From: Octopus sinensis
Taxonomy: Eukaryota
Assembly (NCBI RefSeq): GCF_006345805.1
Contig: NC_042998.1
Location: forward strand, 131,502,001-131,566,000
Reading direction: 5' to 3'
DNA: 64,000 nt
Part shown: piece by piece, positions 13,596 to 26,522 of the stretch
Layout of the letters: every line of letters begins with the position of its first letter
Numbering within the stretch: the stretch's first letter is position 1
Notes under the pieces: model-generated
What the model saw: only the letters and a program-made list of their open reading frames with translations
Database searches by the model: none
Told to the model about the DNA's origin: nothing
Translations under genes and position numbers: made by a program

Positions 13596-13966
13596 AAATG
13601 GGACAAGAAAGCAAAACATCCAGACAGCTAGGTGATACAAAAAGGGACAAAAACATCCAGATTGACGATACAAAAAAAGCAAGGACGGGTCATTCGAAGT
13701 TTTCTTTCCTCAGTCAAGTTCCAGATTATCTTTGCAATTTCGGCTGGTTATACTCGAGATTGCTTCAACCTGGCCAACCCCAAGGAAAAACTAAGCTAAG
13801 AGCATTAGATTCCTTGGAAGGAATCAGCAACTATATACGAAAACAAGGACGAAAACAAAACGGAGAATGTTACACAAATACAAATAACAGGACATAACAA
13901 CAGGTGACTTTTGACTAAGGACGAATTAAATTAAGATACGTGTGTGGAAATAAAGCCTTACGGCAG
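13594..13966 (-). mobile_element. Unclassified interspersed repeat, copy 1 (ends in (TA)n when read on minus)
   Basis: Colinear homology to 14509-14879 (same orientation) and to 57533-57779 (opposite orientation). Confidence 0.75.
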
Positions 13967-14368
13967 AGAAACGAGATTTCAAAGCACGGAGAGGACTATA
14001 GATTTTGCACGGACGACGGCCGAACCAAGAAAGAAAGATCAGGCTTGGCCGAACCCCGGTCACGTTGGGAGAGAAAACAGGGGGTAGAGGCAGAGGGACA
14101 GAAGAATAAAGGAAGGGCGAGAAAAAAATGCCAGGGACACAGTGAAGTGAAAAGAGGAGGGAAAGTGAGGAAGAAGAGAACACAAGGAAATGTGAGAGAG
14201 GGGGAACGAAAGAACGAAGTGTGGAATAACGAATATGTGTGGAAGGGCTGATAGAAAGAAAGAATAGAGTCGTACAAGATTCTGATAAATACATACTTCA
14301 TAAATAGGAAACCAAAGTGTACGTACGCCGCTATATCTATCTATCTATCTATATATATATATATATTA

Positions 14369-14451
<83 letters not shown>

Positions 14452-14455
14452 ATTA

Positions 14456-14499
<44 letters not shown>

Positions 14500-14508
14500 T
14501 ATATAATA

Positions 14509-14879
14509 CAAAATGGGACAAAACGCAAAGCATCCAGACAGTTAGGTGATACAAAGGGACAACAAAACTTCCAGATATACGATGCAAAGAAAATAAAGAC
14601 GAGTCATTCGGAGTTTTCTATCCTCAGTCGTGTTACAGATTATCTTTGCAATTTCGGCTGGTTATACTCGAGATTGCTCCAATCTGGCCACCCCGAGAAA
14701 AAACTAAGCTAAGTGCATTAGATTCCTTGGAAGAAAGCAGCGAACGTATACAAAAACAAGGACAGAAAAAAACGGAGAATGTTACACAAATACAAATAAT
14801 AGGGCATAATAAGAGGTATCTTTCGATTAAGGACGAATTGAATTAAGCTGGCGTGTGTGGAAATAAAGCTTTACGGCAG
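14509..14879 (-). mobile_element. Unclassified interspersed repeat, copy 2
   Basis: caaaatgggacaa...gcaatttcggctggttatactcgagattgct...ggaaataaagc.ttacggcag shared with copy 1. Confidence 0.75.
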
Positions 14880-15102
14880 TGATGACTTGGTAAGCGGTGT
14901 CGGGTTTTACAATTCTATAAATGATAAGAATATTTTATACGCTTAAAGCTTATAAGTGATCACCATGTATTGACTAAAAAAATAGTCTAATACTTCGGCA
15001 TAGAAGCCCTCGATGGAAAAATATGGGGTTTTCCGTACGCATGGGACTCGAACCCACACCTCTATAGCTTTAACCTTATAATATATGTGTGTGTGTGTGT
15101 GA

Positions 15103-15463
15103 AGGCCAATGGCCCAGTGGTTAGAACAACGTGGGATCGCGGTTTCGATTCCCAGACCGGGTGTTGTGAGTTTTTATTGAGCAAAATCACCTACAGTTCC
15201 ATGAGGCTCCGGCAGGAGGTACTGGTGAATCCTACTGTACTCTTTCACCACAACTTTCGCTCTTTCTTCCTGTTTTTGTTGTACCTGCATTTCAAATGGC
15301 CAGCCTTATTACACACTCTGTCACGCTGAATCTCCCCGAGAACTACGTTAAGGGTACACGTGTCTGTGGAGTGCTCAGCCACTTGCACGTTAATTTCACG
15401 AGCAGGCTGTTCCGTAGATTGGATCAACTAGAACCCTCGTCGTCGTAACCGACGGGGTGCCAC
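15103..15463 (+). mobile_element. tRNA-derived SINE, family C
   Basis: A-box tggcccagtggttag, B-box ggtttcgattccc, and tail cgttaagggtacacgtgtctgtggagtg...gtcgtaaccgacgg; copies at 26.1 and 37.6 kb. Confidence 0.85.
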
Positions 15464-15489
15464 GATATATATAAATGAATTGACCGCTA

Positions 15490-15661
15490 ACCCACCAAAG
15501 TTTTTTTTTATCCTCTCTCTGTTTATTTCCACGTGTTCCTTTCTGTTGAAGAGCGTAGTCTCGAAACGTAAAAGATTTCCTCACCTTCTCGAGCGTCAGA
15601 CTAATACACCTGCTTATTGTTTATACACCTGTCTTCGTCTTATGTTATACTGTAAATTTCA

Positions 15662-15662
<1 letters not shown>
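15490..15662 (+). mobile_element. Penelope-like 3'/pLTR remnant with hammerhead-like motif at 15539-15574
   Basis: gtgttcctttctgttgaagagcgtagtctcgaaacgtaaaag closely matches 54341-54382, which follows a GIY-YIG ORF. Confidence 0.7.
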
Positions 15663-15730
<68 letters not shown>

Positions 15731-15980
15731 TGTGTGTGATTACAGGAACAAAACGAGTGAATTACGTAAACAACGAGAAAAAATGGAAAACAAGACATGT
15801 TAACACAGAAAAAGAACCCTTCATCAGTTGTCGGTGAGTCTTCAAAAGTAGTAGGTCCCATAAATTCTAAAATAAAATTTAGGATTTATGGAGGGTCGAA
15901 GCTGGGAACAAAAAATAACAGTGGAAACATACAAGGAAACTGAACGCAACAGACATGGAGGGTCATTTAACGCATCGAAA

Positions 15981-16025
<45 letters not shown>

Positions 16026-16044
16026 TAGAGAGGAGAGAGAGAGA

Positions 16045-16117
<73 letters not shown>

Positions 16118-16120
16118 CAC

Positions 16121-16850
16121 ACATGGTGCGGTGAATAAACTGTCGTCTAAATTACGCAAAAAGGAAAATAACACCATCTCATTTTAACAGATATATTTAC
16201 CAAAATTACATAAAAGTATTTTGAAATACTAAAGAGTAAATTTGTTCAATAAACTCGCCATTGGTGTCATCCACGGCTTCCAGACGACTTCAGAATTTCC
16301 TGCAACTCTTCTGCACGGTCTCTTTGCTTAAGATGGTGAATGCTGCCATAATTCTTGCCTTCATTTCATCTTTAGTATTACAAGGAGTTTTGTTGGTTTG
16401 TCGCTCAACTGTGCCCCACATATAATAATCAAGGGGGAATGTTAGGAATGATGTGGTCGCAGAAATTGTCCGACAGCCATGACGAGGTCTTCCTGCTTGT
16501 GTTGCATGGTGAACCAGGGCAACACTACCTCTTCCTCTATGTTGAATCTGAGCCCGTATTAGAAGATGAATGGAGGCATAGCGTCACCATCGCTAGTGAT
16601 CACTCCAAACACCGTGATGTTCACTGGTTTGATTTTTATCACTCTCGGTACATGTCCTCAGATTGCACTGTCCTCAGATTGACTCCCAAACACTCTGAAA
16701 TGTCCGTATTGAGCTTTCAGCGTGAATGCCAAGCAGTACAGCATGTTGCTTCCAAATTTCTGGCAGAGTGAATTGCGTCAGGGTGCTGTTTTTCTCACAG
16801 ACGTTGCCCAACTGATCCTACTATACTGTAATCGACAAAATCTCAGGCAA
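16121..16850 (-). mobile_element. Degraded Tc1/mariner (probably maT/DD37D-like) DNA transposon: transposase C-terminal part and one TIR
   Basis: Minus-strand translation gives ITVFGVITSDGDAMPPFIF, EEVVLPW, SWLSDNFCDH and PLDYYMWGTVERQTNKTPCNTKDEMKARIMAAF...SRLEAVDDTNGEFIE, with stops and deletions; TIR-like acatggtgcggtgaataaactgtcg near 16121. Confidence 0.85.
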
Positions 16851-16878
16851 ACAAAGCACATGCGCGAAATTAAAAGTA

Positions 16879-16961
<83 letters not shown>

Positions 16962-17039
16962 ACATACATACATCTACATACATATACATACATACATACA
17001 TACATACATACATACATACATACATACACATACATACGT

Positions 17040-17295
17040 AGGTGTAGCTGCGTGGTAAGAAGAATGTGCGTATGTATAAGTGTATCTTTGCGATTGTGTT
17101 TGTTCCCCTTACATCCTTCACCCACCGCTTGTGTTGTTGTATTTACATCACCATAACTTAGCAGTTCGACAAAAACGAAAGACGTAATAAGTTATCGTGC
17201 TCAAAAAACAAAGACAAACAAATGTGCTAACTTCGAATCTTTCAACAAAAGCTCTTCAATGTGGTTCCACCAATGAACTGAAACAAGTAAAAGCT
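17040..17295 (+). mobile_element. Diverged family B SINE
   Basis: ggtgtagctgcgtggtaag head, cataacttagcagttcgac, and actgaaacaagtaaaag tail. Confidence 0.6.
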
Positions 17296-17344
17296 AAATC
17301 TACGTTAGTTTCTTGTTACTGAGCCCTACAAGCAAAATATAAGT

Positions 17345-17990
17345 CACTAATGTGGATACTCAACCTACAATAAATACCACCATCAGGGGGTCCAAGAAGT
17401 AATGCCACATAACACACCACTCTTGTTGCACTTCGGCGAATCTTATATATTACATCATATGCAAAACTCTACGGTACTCTTTACATTGGAGAAACAGGAC
17501 GACGCCATGGAGATCGCTTTCGCGAACACATCAGAAGTATAATGCTACGTATGCCAAGCCAATCTGTCGCCATCCACTTCAACACTGTAAATCATTCTAT
17601 TGCAGATTTAACAGTTTGTGGCATGGCCTTCCACCACGGACCCCACTTCTCTTGGAAACGAAAGGAGCAACGTTTTCCTTTCATCTTTTCACCTCATCTT
17701 AGTTCTTTTTAATTGTCCTTCCACCCTCTCTCTGCAACATTCCCATATTTACTTACCTCTACTCTCTCCATCACCTTTTTCCTTCTCCTTTCTGCACGCC
17801 CTCACCTATAACTTCTGTTTCACGTCAGCAGCCCGTGTAATTCTGCGTCCATTATCAGATGCAGCCAATTTTTCAAACTGAGAGAATGTACACTCTGTTT
17901 GACATCTCTTTTTCTCTACCCCTTGACAAAGGATTGAACCCGAAACATTGGATATTCCACTCCTCGCGGCAAGTTCACTGTACCCCTCTC
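17345..17990 (+). mobile_element. Penelope-like retroelement remnant: GIY-YIG endonuclease plus 3' UTR
   Basis: CTSANLIYYIIC followed by a frameshift into LYIGETGRRHGDRFREHIRSI...VAIHFNTVNHSIADLTVCG...RKEQR; decayed ttgacaaagg...cccgaaac motif at 17922-17949. Confidence 0.9.
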
Positions 17991-18025
17991 ACATTTATAT
18001 ATACATATATATATGTATTATTATA

Positions 18026-18090
<65 letters not shown>

Positions 18091-18148
18091 ATGTATGTAT
18101 GTATGTACATATATAGATATATATATATATATAATATATGTAGGTATG

Positions 18149-18212
<64 letters not shown>

Positions 18213-18224
18213 GTTGGGGTCTTT

Positions 18225-18425
18225 GTATCTGTGTTTGCCCCTCACTATTGCTTGAAAACTGGTGTTGTTTGTTTATGTCCGCGTAACTTAGTGATTCAGC
18301 AAAACAGTTCGATAGATTACTACGCTTAAGGAAAATAAGTACTGGAGTAGATACTTTCGACTAAAAATTTCAAGGCGGTGTTCCAGCATGGCCGTAGTTT
18401 AATGCCTGAAACAAGTAAAAGATAC
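18225..18425 (+). mobile_element. Family B SINE 3' half
   Basis: ctggtgttgtttgtttatgtccgcgtaacttag...aaggcggtgttccagcatggccg...gaaacaagtaaaaga. Confidence 0.75.
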
Positions 18426-19039
18426 ATGATAAAAAAAAATATGTCTATTTGATGGCGGTCTATTCTATCAAAATAACACAGTGATGAAACAAATTTAAAA
18501 TACCGTTACTATGATCATCATTTACACCGCTACACTTCAACCTGGGACTGCCATGAATCTTCTTCCGGTTATAGAACCACTCCTACTGATGTTACTATTG
18601 CTACCACTCATACATTCAAAAATCATCAGCACCCTCGCCAACAACCACAACTGAAGACAACTACCATTACACTGAAACTGTCCTACCTTAACTTACAGCA
18701 CCGCCATCACACTTCACCTACTATAGCAGTAAGTACTCAAGGATATCCATATGCGCACCCCAACACTCTCACAGTAACACAGATACACACATACGGGTGT
18801 GTGTGGTGTGCGCGCACGTGTGTGTGTTCGTGCGCGCACTGACAGTAAGCACCTGTTTCTAAATGTTTGTGAAAGTGGAACATATTGTAAAGGCATTTTT
18901 CCACTCAAGTCTCTATCTACTGCTACCACTTCTGCCATCCTCGCCACTACTCCCATTTATTGCTATTATTCCTACTACAGCCACTAATACCTACTACACC
19001 ACCACTTACCGTTCTTAGCATATCGCTACTACACACTAC

Positions 19040-19332
19040 TATGAGGAAGACGCTCCTTTGGTTACGACGATGCGTGTTCTAGTTGATCCGATTAGCAGCA
19101 CAAACTGCTTGTGAAATTAACGTACAACTGGCTGAGCACTCCACAGACACGCATACCCTTAGCGTAGTTTTCAGCGAGATTCAGCGTAACAAGACTGCAC
19201 CTTTGAAAGTACAGGTACAACTGAGTGGGCCTGATTACCGTAAAAAAGCGTCTTGCTCAAGCACACAACGCGACGTCAGGTATTGAACTCACGATTCAGA
19301 ACCGAATATCCTTACCACTAAGCCACGCACCT
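19040..19332 (-). mobile_element. tRNA-derived SINE (CORE-like head, family C-type tail)
   Basis: Minus strand reads gtggcttagtggtaag, gagttcaatacc, gtgtgcttgagcaagacg, and tail ctgtggagtgctcagcc...gtcgtaacc. Confidence 0.75.
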
Positions 19333-19508
19333 TTACTATTACTATTACTAGCACTATCACTTTAGCATGACAATCTCTACTTGACCTCTGAATGCGGAGG
19401 AAGTGATTGTTGAACATGGATGCTGAGGTGGTATGTAACAAAACGAAATTGAGAACCGGAGTGTTGCAGGAGAATATGCAGTGACGATGAACAACAAGTT
19501 AATATATA

Positions 19509-19740
19509 TTTCTTTACTACCCACAAGGGGTTAAACACAGAGGGGTCAAACAAGGACAGACAAACGGATTAAGTCGATTACATCGATCCCAGTGCGTAAC
19601 TGGTACTTAATTTATCGACCCCGAAAGGATGAAAGGCAAAGTCGACCTCGGCGGAATTTGAACTCAGAACGTAACAGCAGACGAAATACGGCTACGCATT
19701 TCGCCCGGCGTGCTAACGTTCCTGCCAGCTCGCCGCCTTA
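19509..19740 (-). mobile_element. Full-length family A SINE (A1 tail)
   Basis: Minus strand reads ggcgagctggcaggaacgttagc (A-box region), gagttcaaattcc (B-box), cctttcggggtcgataaattaagtacc (resembles the Meta/MESC-type central domain), and tail ccccttgtgggtagtaaagaaa. Confidence 0.9.
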
Positions 19741-21227
19741 CGACAAGTTAATATAGATTTAATAGCTGGCAGTGGGAGTAGCCATGGTGTATCATTCTTC
19801 CGAAATCCTTGCGCGGTTTAGCTTTCGATCAACCCTGATCGAACAAACTTATGCCGAAGGCTTTCCAGCTGAAAACATTTCGACTTAGTTGAGTATCTTA
19901 GGTCTCGTCATCATCGGTGTCCTGTTAATGAGTGTTTCTTAGCTTTCTAAAAGTTGACTTTGATTTGTGTGGCAAAAAAAAATAATAATAACAGACACAC
20001 AGGGTGGTTTCTGAATTCAGAGTACCACTATGATTTAGTCGGTGGACAGATTCGTTGAATCTCGGTACTGTAGTCTGAGATACCAGGGTTAGAGGTTGAT
20101 ATGATGAGATTTGACGCCTTCTCAATGGATATCAGAGACCTTTGAATTCCCAGATGAAATTTCAACGCAGGATGTAAAATTGAAATAAGTACAGGATATC
20201 TCGTCACCGCACTCAGTTTCTCTGGTCGACCTCAAAATTGTGGAAAATAAAGTATATTTGCATGATTTGAATTCATAGTATAGATTGCCATAACTCCAAG
20301 AACTGTGGGATATTTTGTTGGATACTCGAAAACCTCCACCAATACGCCACCTATATACAATTATATTATATTATAAGCCCTTTTAAAAACAATAGCGTAT
20401 GATTTTAGAGTGGTTTGACATGTTGCTTGTTTGATTAAGTTTCTCAGCTGCGTTCTCTCAGGTTTGATCTCTCAGCACAGTACTTTAGGAAAGTATCATC
20501 TACTCAAGTTTTCGTCCGAGCATAGTCTTGTAAGTAAAATTTAGTACAGAGAGACTATGAGAAACCCTGTTTGGAAAGATCATTTTTTTACTTGGGCGGT
20601 TAGGCGCTGTCACCTGCACCTCGGGTATCTTTAGCGGAGCCCACTCTCTTCCTCCCAACAGCCTCAGAAACCTTGAGAACAGTCATAAGTGCTGCCTTTT
20701 CTTAGATTAAGCAATTTAAAAAAAAAAAAAACCACTTTGACGTGTCCTCATTGGGTCAACGTTTTTTTGGGGGGTTTTTTTTGTTGCTATATTTGATTAT
20801 TACCATTCCTCATCCCTCTCGCTCTCTCTCTCTCTCTCTCTCCCTCTCGCTCTCTCTGCGTTTATCCAAATTTCAAATGCTGACTGGGTTAGCTATTCTT
20901 TTCCTCTTTCCGGGACAGATAATATTAAGAACCAGTTATTGTTATCTTTCTTTTTGTCACTCAGGATCACTTCCGACCAATCCGTAATTAGAGTGCATCT
21001 AGAATTACATTATCCAATGTGTGTTGCATCTGTTTAGGACTGTGGCGTTTCATTTCAAGGATATGTACGTGCTACTTCTAGCAGGTCTAGCAGCCCGTGT
21101 AACTGATAAAATCGTCTGCAACCATCCTCCGAGATTTCTGGCCGTGTGCCAAATATAGAATTATTTCCAATGTCACATCCTTAAAATATTAGGAATTAGG
21201 TAAGATTGCTGCTGATGTGATAGGATT

Positions 21228-21322
21228 TTACTACTACTACTACTATTACTACTACTACCAACGCTACCACCACCACTACTACTAGTACTACTACTACTAC
21301 TACTACCTAATAATAATAATAA

Positions 21323-21353
<31 letters not shown>

Positions 21354-21633
21354 AAGACGAAGACGAAGAAGAAGAAGAAGAAGAAGGAGAAGAAGAAGAA
21401 GAAGAAGGAGAAGGAGAAGAACAAGAAGAACAAGAAGAACAAGAACAAGAAGAAGAAGAACAAAAACAAGAAGAACAAGAAGAACAAGAAGAACAAGAAG
21501 AAGAACAACAACAAGAAGAAGAACAAGAACAAGAACCAGAACAAGAAAAAGAAGAACAAGAAGAAGAAAAGGAACAAGAAGAAGAACAAGAACAAGAAAT
21601 GTACTACTGCGATAACATCTATAACAACAACTA

Positions 21634-21669
<36 letters not shown>

Positions 21670-21700
21670 CATTATTATTATTATTATTATCATTATTATT
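21228..21700. repeat. Compound microsatellite (CTA)n-(TAA)n-(GAA/GAACAA)n-(ATT)n
   Basis: Directly visible; source of the poly-F ORF. Confidence 0.95.
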
Positions 21701-21705
21701 TACTT

Positions 21706-22336
21706 TTAATCGGCATGTTTGTTACAATTACTTACCGAGACAATACTCCTTTTTTCTTTTTTTCTTTCACTGTAGCATGTTGTATACCAATCTCCTTCGT
21801 CTATCCCCAGGTATTTATAGCTTTCTTGTGGGTCAAGCTCCTTGATGGTAGTGCTGGCATCTAATTTAATGGAAGCTGTTTGTTTGAGCTTGCCTCTTAC
21901 AACAGATGCTTTGGCACACTTATCAAGACCAAAATCCATCCCGATGTCATTGCTGAACTCTTTAACAGTTGTTAACAGCTCTACTAGTTCTTCGTCATTT
22001 CTAGCAAATAACTTCAGATCGTCCATATAAAACAGATGGTTTACTATAATATTATACACTTTGAACCCATACCTGGTGTTACTCAGTTTGTTTGAAAGTG
22101 GGATCTGTGCCATGCAAAAGAGTGATGGGGAGAGGTAGTCACCTTGAAAGATGCCTGGTTTCATATTCATGTTGTTAGATTGGCTCATCCCATTACTATG
22201 GTGTAGGAGACGTGTATTCTGCTTGGCCATACTACCTTGTAAGGATTGGGAGACGACAGGAGAGATCTTTTATATCTCAAGGGTCTTGAGTAGCTAATTA
22301 TGTGGGACACTATCAAACGCTTTCCTGTAGTCTATC
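21706..22336 (-). mobile_element. R4/Dong-like (RLE-type) non-LTR retrotransposon RT fragment, degraded
   Basis: IDYRKAFDSVPHN upstream; ORF 21706-22230 has GIFQGDYLSP, NHLFYMDDLKLFA, FSNDIGMDFGLDKCAK and ESYKYLGIDE. The clade assignment comes from motif style. Confidence 0.85.
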
Positions 22337-22560
22337 TGGCAGAAACGTTAGCACGCCGGGCGAAATGCGTAGCCGTATTTCGTCTGCCGTTACGTTCTGA
22401 GTTCAAATTCCGCCGAGGTCGACTTTGCCTGTCATCCTTTCGGGGTCGATAAATTAAGTACCAGTTACGCACTGGGGTCGATGTAATCGACTTAATCCGT
22501 TTGTCTGTCCTTGTTTGTCCCCTCTGTGTTTAGTCCCTTGTGGGTAGTTAAAGAAATATA
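22336..22560 (+). mobile_element. Family A SINE (A1 tail) abutting the R4-like RT fragment
   Basis: ctggcagaaacgttagcacgccggg...gagttcaaattccgccgaggtcgac...tgtgggtagttaaagaaata. Confidence 0.9.
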
Positions 22561-22596
22561 TATGCCATAATTAAGTTCCTTTTTTTTTAGCGGTAT

Positions 22597-22752
22597 TTCT
22601 CCCGTTGCTACGTTGCTAGCTCAAGTTCCGCCATGGTCGACTTTGCCTTTCGGGGGTGAGGCGTTAGATCAAGTACCAGTGAAACACTGGGGTCGACGTA
22701 ATCGACTAGTCCCCTCCCCCAAAATTTCAGGTCTTGTGTCTATAGTAGAAAG
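22597..22752 (+). mobile_element. Family A SINE (A2 tail), 5'-truncated
   Basis: ttagcggtatttc...gtcgactttgcc...cccctcccccaaaatttcaggtcttgtgtctatagtagaaagg. Confidence 0.75.
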
Positions 22753-22766
22753 GATTATTATTACTA

Positions 22767-22804
<38 letters not shown>

Positions 22805-22829
22805 ATTATTATTATTATTATTATTATTG

Positions 22830-23310
22830 AGTGAGAGAGCAGTGCATGCCATCAAAGTGACACTGGGGTAAAATATACGAAGCCCAATATACCCATCATG
22901 ACTACCCGTCTGATAAGGGTACACCAGGCACATGCATCACAACCATATGTGCCCGACATGGTGATCTCATATCAAGATAAACAGCACATGACCTTGCAGG
23001 TGGGGCCCAGTTAGAATTTTCTTCAGGTTGAGTAGCCCATCCCGCTCAAACGGTCCCTGAATAAGGGTTGTTTAAGGATGTTGAAAGAACCACCCATGTT
23101 TCCAGAGATGAATTATCCAAACTCCAATGAATTCCTTTCAACACACGGCCATGATGCTCCCCCACTACTTCTGCTCGTGATCAGAGACACAAATATCGTC
23201 AGCCACTAAGGGACATGGTCAACTGGTTAAGGTCAAGCAACTGACAAGCAAATCTGTATTGAGCAGAATATTTGCTGTAGCCCATCTTTTATACCAAGAC
23301 AAAACAATGT
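22830..23310. repeat. ~480 bp complex segment between (ATT)n tracts, probably an interspersed repeat
   Basis: Non-coding, higher GC than its flanks, bracketed by (ATT)n on both sides; no second copy in the window, so repeat status is inferred. Confidence 0.4.
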
Positions 23311-23346
23311 ATTATTATTATTTTATTATTATTATTATTATTATTA

Positions 23347-23377
<31 letters not shown>

Positions 23378-23414
23378 GTTATTATTGTTATTATCATTAT
23401 TATTATCATTATCA

Positions 23415-23463
<49 letters not shown>

Positions 23464-24324
23464 GTTGTGTTGTTGTTGTTGTTGTTATATAAAACTACAG
23501 TAAATATGAATGTATGTGTGTGTTATTAATGCGTGTATATGTGTATTTAAGTATGTATGCATGTGCATGTTTGAAAGAAAATGAGAGTGGGAGAAAAACT
23601 GAGAGACACAGAGAAAGAGAAAGAGAGACAGAGAGAAACAGAGTTTGAAATAGAAAGAAACAGAAAGCGTACTCTCAGCATTATATATTATATAAGGCCA
23701 GTAATATATTTAACAACAGCAGAAATACTAACGTGGCAACCGCGAACGTGATCCTTGTCCGTATCATTAAAACCACCTTCATTTCAATGGCCTCAGATGT
23801 GCAGAAATATCTAAATATTTCTTTGTAGCTGTCAATATTTATGTGCGTGTGGAATCGAGTGGGAGTATATGTTGCAGTGTTTATATGTTCCGTATGTATG
23901 GAAGTGTGAGTGAGTCTAAATGTGTCAGTGCATGCGCCGCATCTGTAAGTAAACATAAATACGAACACAACATACAAGCAAACACACGCATATATACTTA
24001 CGTACTATGTGAAATCTTCATATCTTACGATATTGACAAAAACAAAAACAAACACATGCGCATATGCACACATACGCACACAAGCACACACACACGCACA
24101 CGCACACAGATATATACACACACAGATATATATATACACACACAAGCACACCACATTCTGACTCACATTGTTAATCGCTATGTGTGCTCTGTATGCTTCA
24201 CACATCAGTAAGACATCAGAAATGGTTCTGTCAGCAGGTGGCGCTGTTTGCTTGGAGAGGAGCCAGAGCATCTCTAAACTAACTGCGCCACCTGACTTAT
24301 ATACGTCTGTAAGTGTGCACAAAG

Positions 24325-24367
<43 letters not shown>

Positions 24368-24424
24368 GATATAAATATATATATAGTATATGAAGATATA
24401 AATATATATATATATATGTATACA

Positions 24425-24464
<40 letters not shown>

Positions 24465-24730
24465 TATGGAGATATAAATAGATGTGTGGTGTGTGATATG
24501 TATATAGATATGTATTTGAATATGTGTGCGTAAGGAATGTGTGCTGATAATATATAAATAACATATGCTCGTGTATAACTATATACATACATATTCATAC
24601 ATATTTAGACATATTTAAGTAAATAGATATTTAATACAAAGATAGATGCGAAAAATGCATATATATTTACATGCATAGCTCTTATGCATTTATACATACA
24701 ATATACAAATGTGTGTGTTTGCATAAGAGC

Positions 24731-24789
<59 letters not shown>

Positions 24790-24793
<4 letters not shown>

Positions 24794-25384
24794 AAATCAA
24801 ATTGCGATAAAATAAATAATTATAATCGCTGGTATTACTAACACAACCATATATTTTTCATATATCAGTACATTAAGGCGAAATATGTGCTAGGAATACA
24901 AAGCTTGATAAATTAAGTGAAATGAGATAAAAACATTTACTAAACCGGTAATTCTCAGACTGCAGGTTCTTTCTTTTCAGCAATAAAGATAATTATTTGC
25001 TCAGGGAGAATTCTTCAGTGAGACCCTGTCTTTCTGGGATCCTAACTCACTAGAAGCATGTGCTTCTAATGATTTACTCTCCCTAACTAATCATATCACT
25101 GCGCAGACTCCGAACGTCCCGATAAATCTAGGGAATTCTGGTATCGCCTGGCGCTCGTAATTTATCGAGAAATATGTAAACAAATCAAATTGCGATAAAA
25201 TAAAAATAATTATAATCGCTGGTATTACTAACACAAGCCATATATTTTTCATATATCAGTACATTAAGGCGAAATATGTGCTAGGAATACAGAAGCTTGA
25301 TAAATTAAGTGAAATGGAGATAAAAACATTTACTAAACCGGTAATTCTCAGACTGCAGTTTCTTTCTTTTCAGCAATAAAGATA
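24790..25384 (+). repeat. Near-identical ~205 bp direct duplication (24790-24991 and 25178-25384)
   Basis: aaacaaatcaaattgcgataaaat...cagcaataaagata occurs twice; differences are mostly short indels. Confidence 0.95.
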
Positions 25385-25416
25385 TAGTATATATAATGTA
25401 TATATATATATATCTG

Positions 25417-25480
<64 letters not shown>

Positions 25481-26137
25481 TATATATATGTATATATATA
25501 TATGTATATATATATGTATATATATATATTAATATTATATAATATATATATAATATATATATATCAGGGTTGCGTATGAATGTGCGCTTCATGTGTACGA
25601 ACATCATTTTAGGTTTATTTATATTTATGATAATGTAAACCAATATGCATAACCAAGTTATGACAAAGGTGTTGGATTCTCCGTCGATATCGACGAAGAA
25701 CATTTTTTTTTGCGAAACTGTAAATTGCTATCTATGAAGTTAAAATATAAGCGGTTGAATATTCCGTTGTCACATACAATCGAAACATAAGTTTTAGAAC
25801 GAAAATGTGGAACACAATATCACCAGACTGGATTTTGGATTACATACAATCGAGAGAGAAATAAAATGTCATTTCGTTCCACCGAGTTTTCGACCTACTC
25901 TGCTAGAGCAAAAGGGACATGTCATAAATAGTATAAATAGTACGCACATGTACTCACCCATATATTTGTAAGAACATATGGGTATGTATGTACTCAAGAT
26001 ATCGCATAGTGTAACCAGACTGCAGACCACGTGTTTACGAAGCAAGCAATCTAATTTCACAGCTAAGCATGTGTATATTCAGTGTTCTACCTAGAAGTGA
26101 GTTTCGTATCCATACTGGCCTATAGTTATAATATGGA

Positions 26138-26522
26138 TGGAAGCACTCCGTCGGTTACGACGATGAGGGTTCCGGTTGATCCGACCAACGGAACAGCCTG
26201 CTCGTGAATTTTAACGTGTAAGTGGCTGAGCACTCCACAGACACGTGTACCCTTAACGTAGTTCTAGGGGATATTCAGCGTGACACAGAGCGTGACAAGG
26301 CCGGCCCTTTGAAATACAGGTACAACGGAAACAGGAAGTAAGAGTGAGAGAAAGTTGTGGTGAAAGAGTACAGCAGGGATCACCACCATCCCCTGCCGGA
26401 GCCTCGTGGAGCTTTAGGTATTTTCGCTCAATAAACACTCACAACGCCCGGTCTGGGAATCGAAACCGCGATTCTACGACCGCGAGTCCGCTGCCCTAAC
26501 CACTGGCCCATTGCGCCTCCAC
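26138..26522 (-). mobile_element. Full-length family C SINE
   Basis: Minus strand reads gtggaggcgcaatgggccagtggttagg...ggtttcgattcccagacc...gtcgtaaccgacggagtgcttcca. Confidence 0.9.

Noticed and set aside
13690-13715. Functional hammerhead in the unclassified repeat
   Set aside because: GAAT instead of GAAA, two extra nucleotides before helix III, and no stem I pairing
15025-15070. tRNA gene (B-box GGGTTCGAGTCCC on minus)
   Set aside because: No A-box/D-arm or acceptor stem; at best a SINE head fragment. The other tRNA-like heads run straight into SINE bodies
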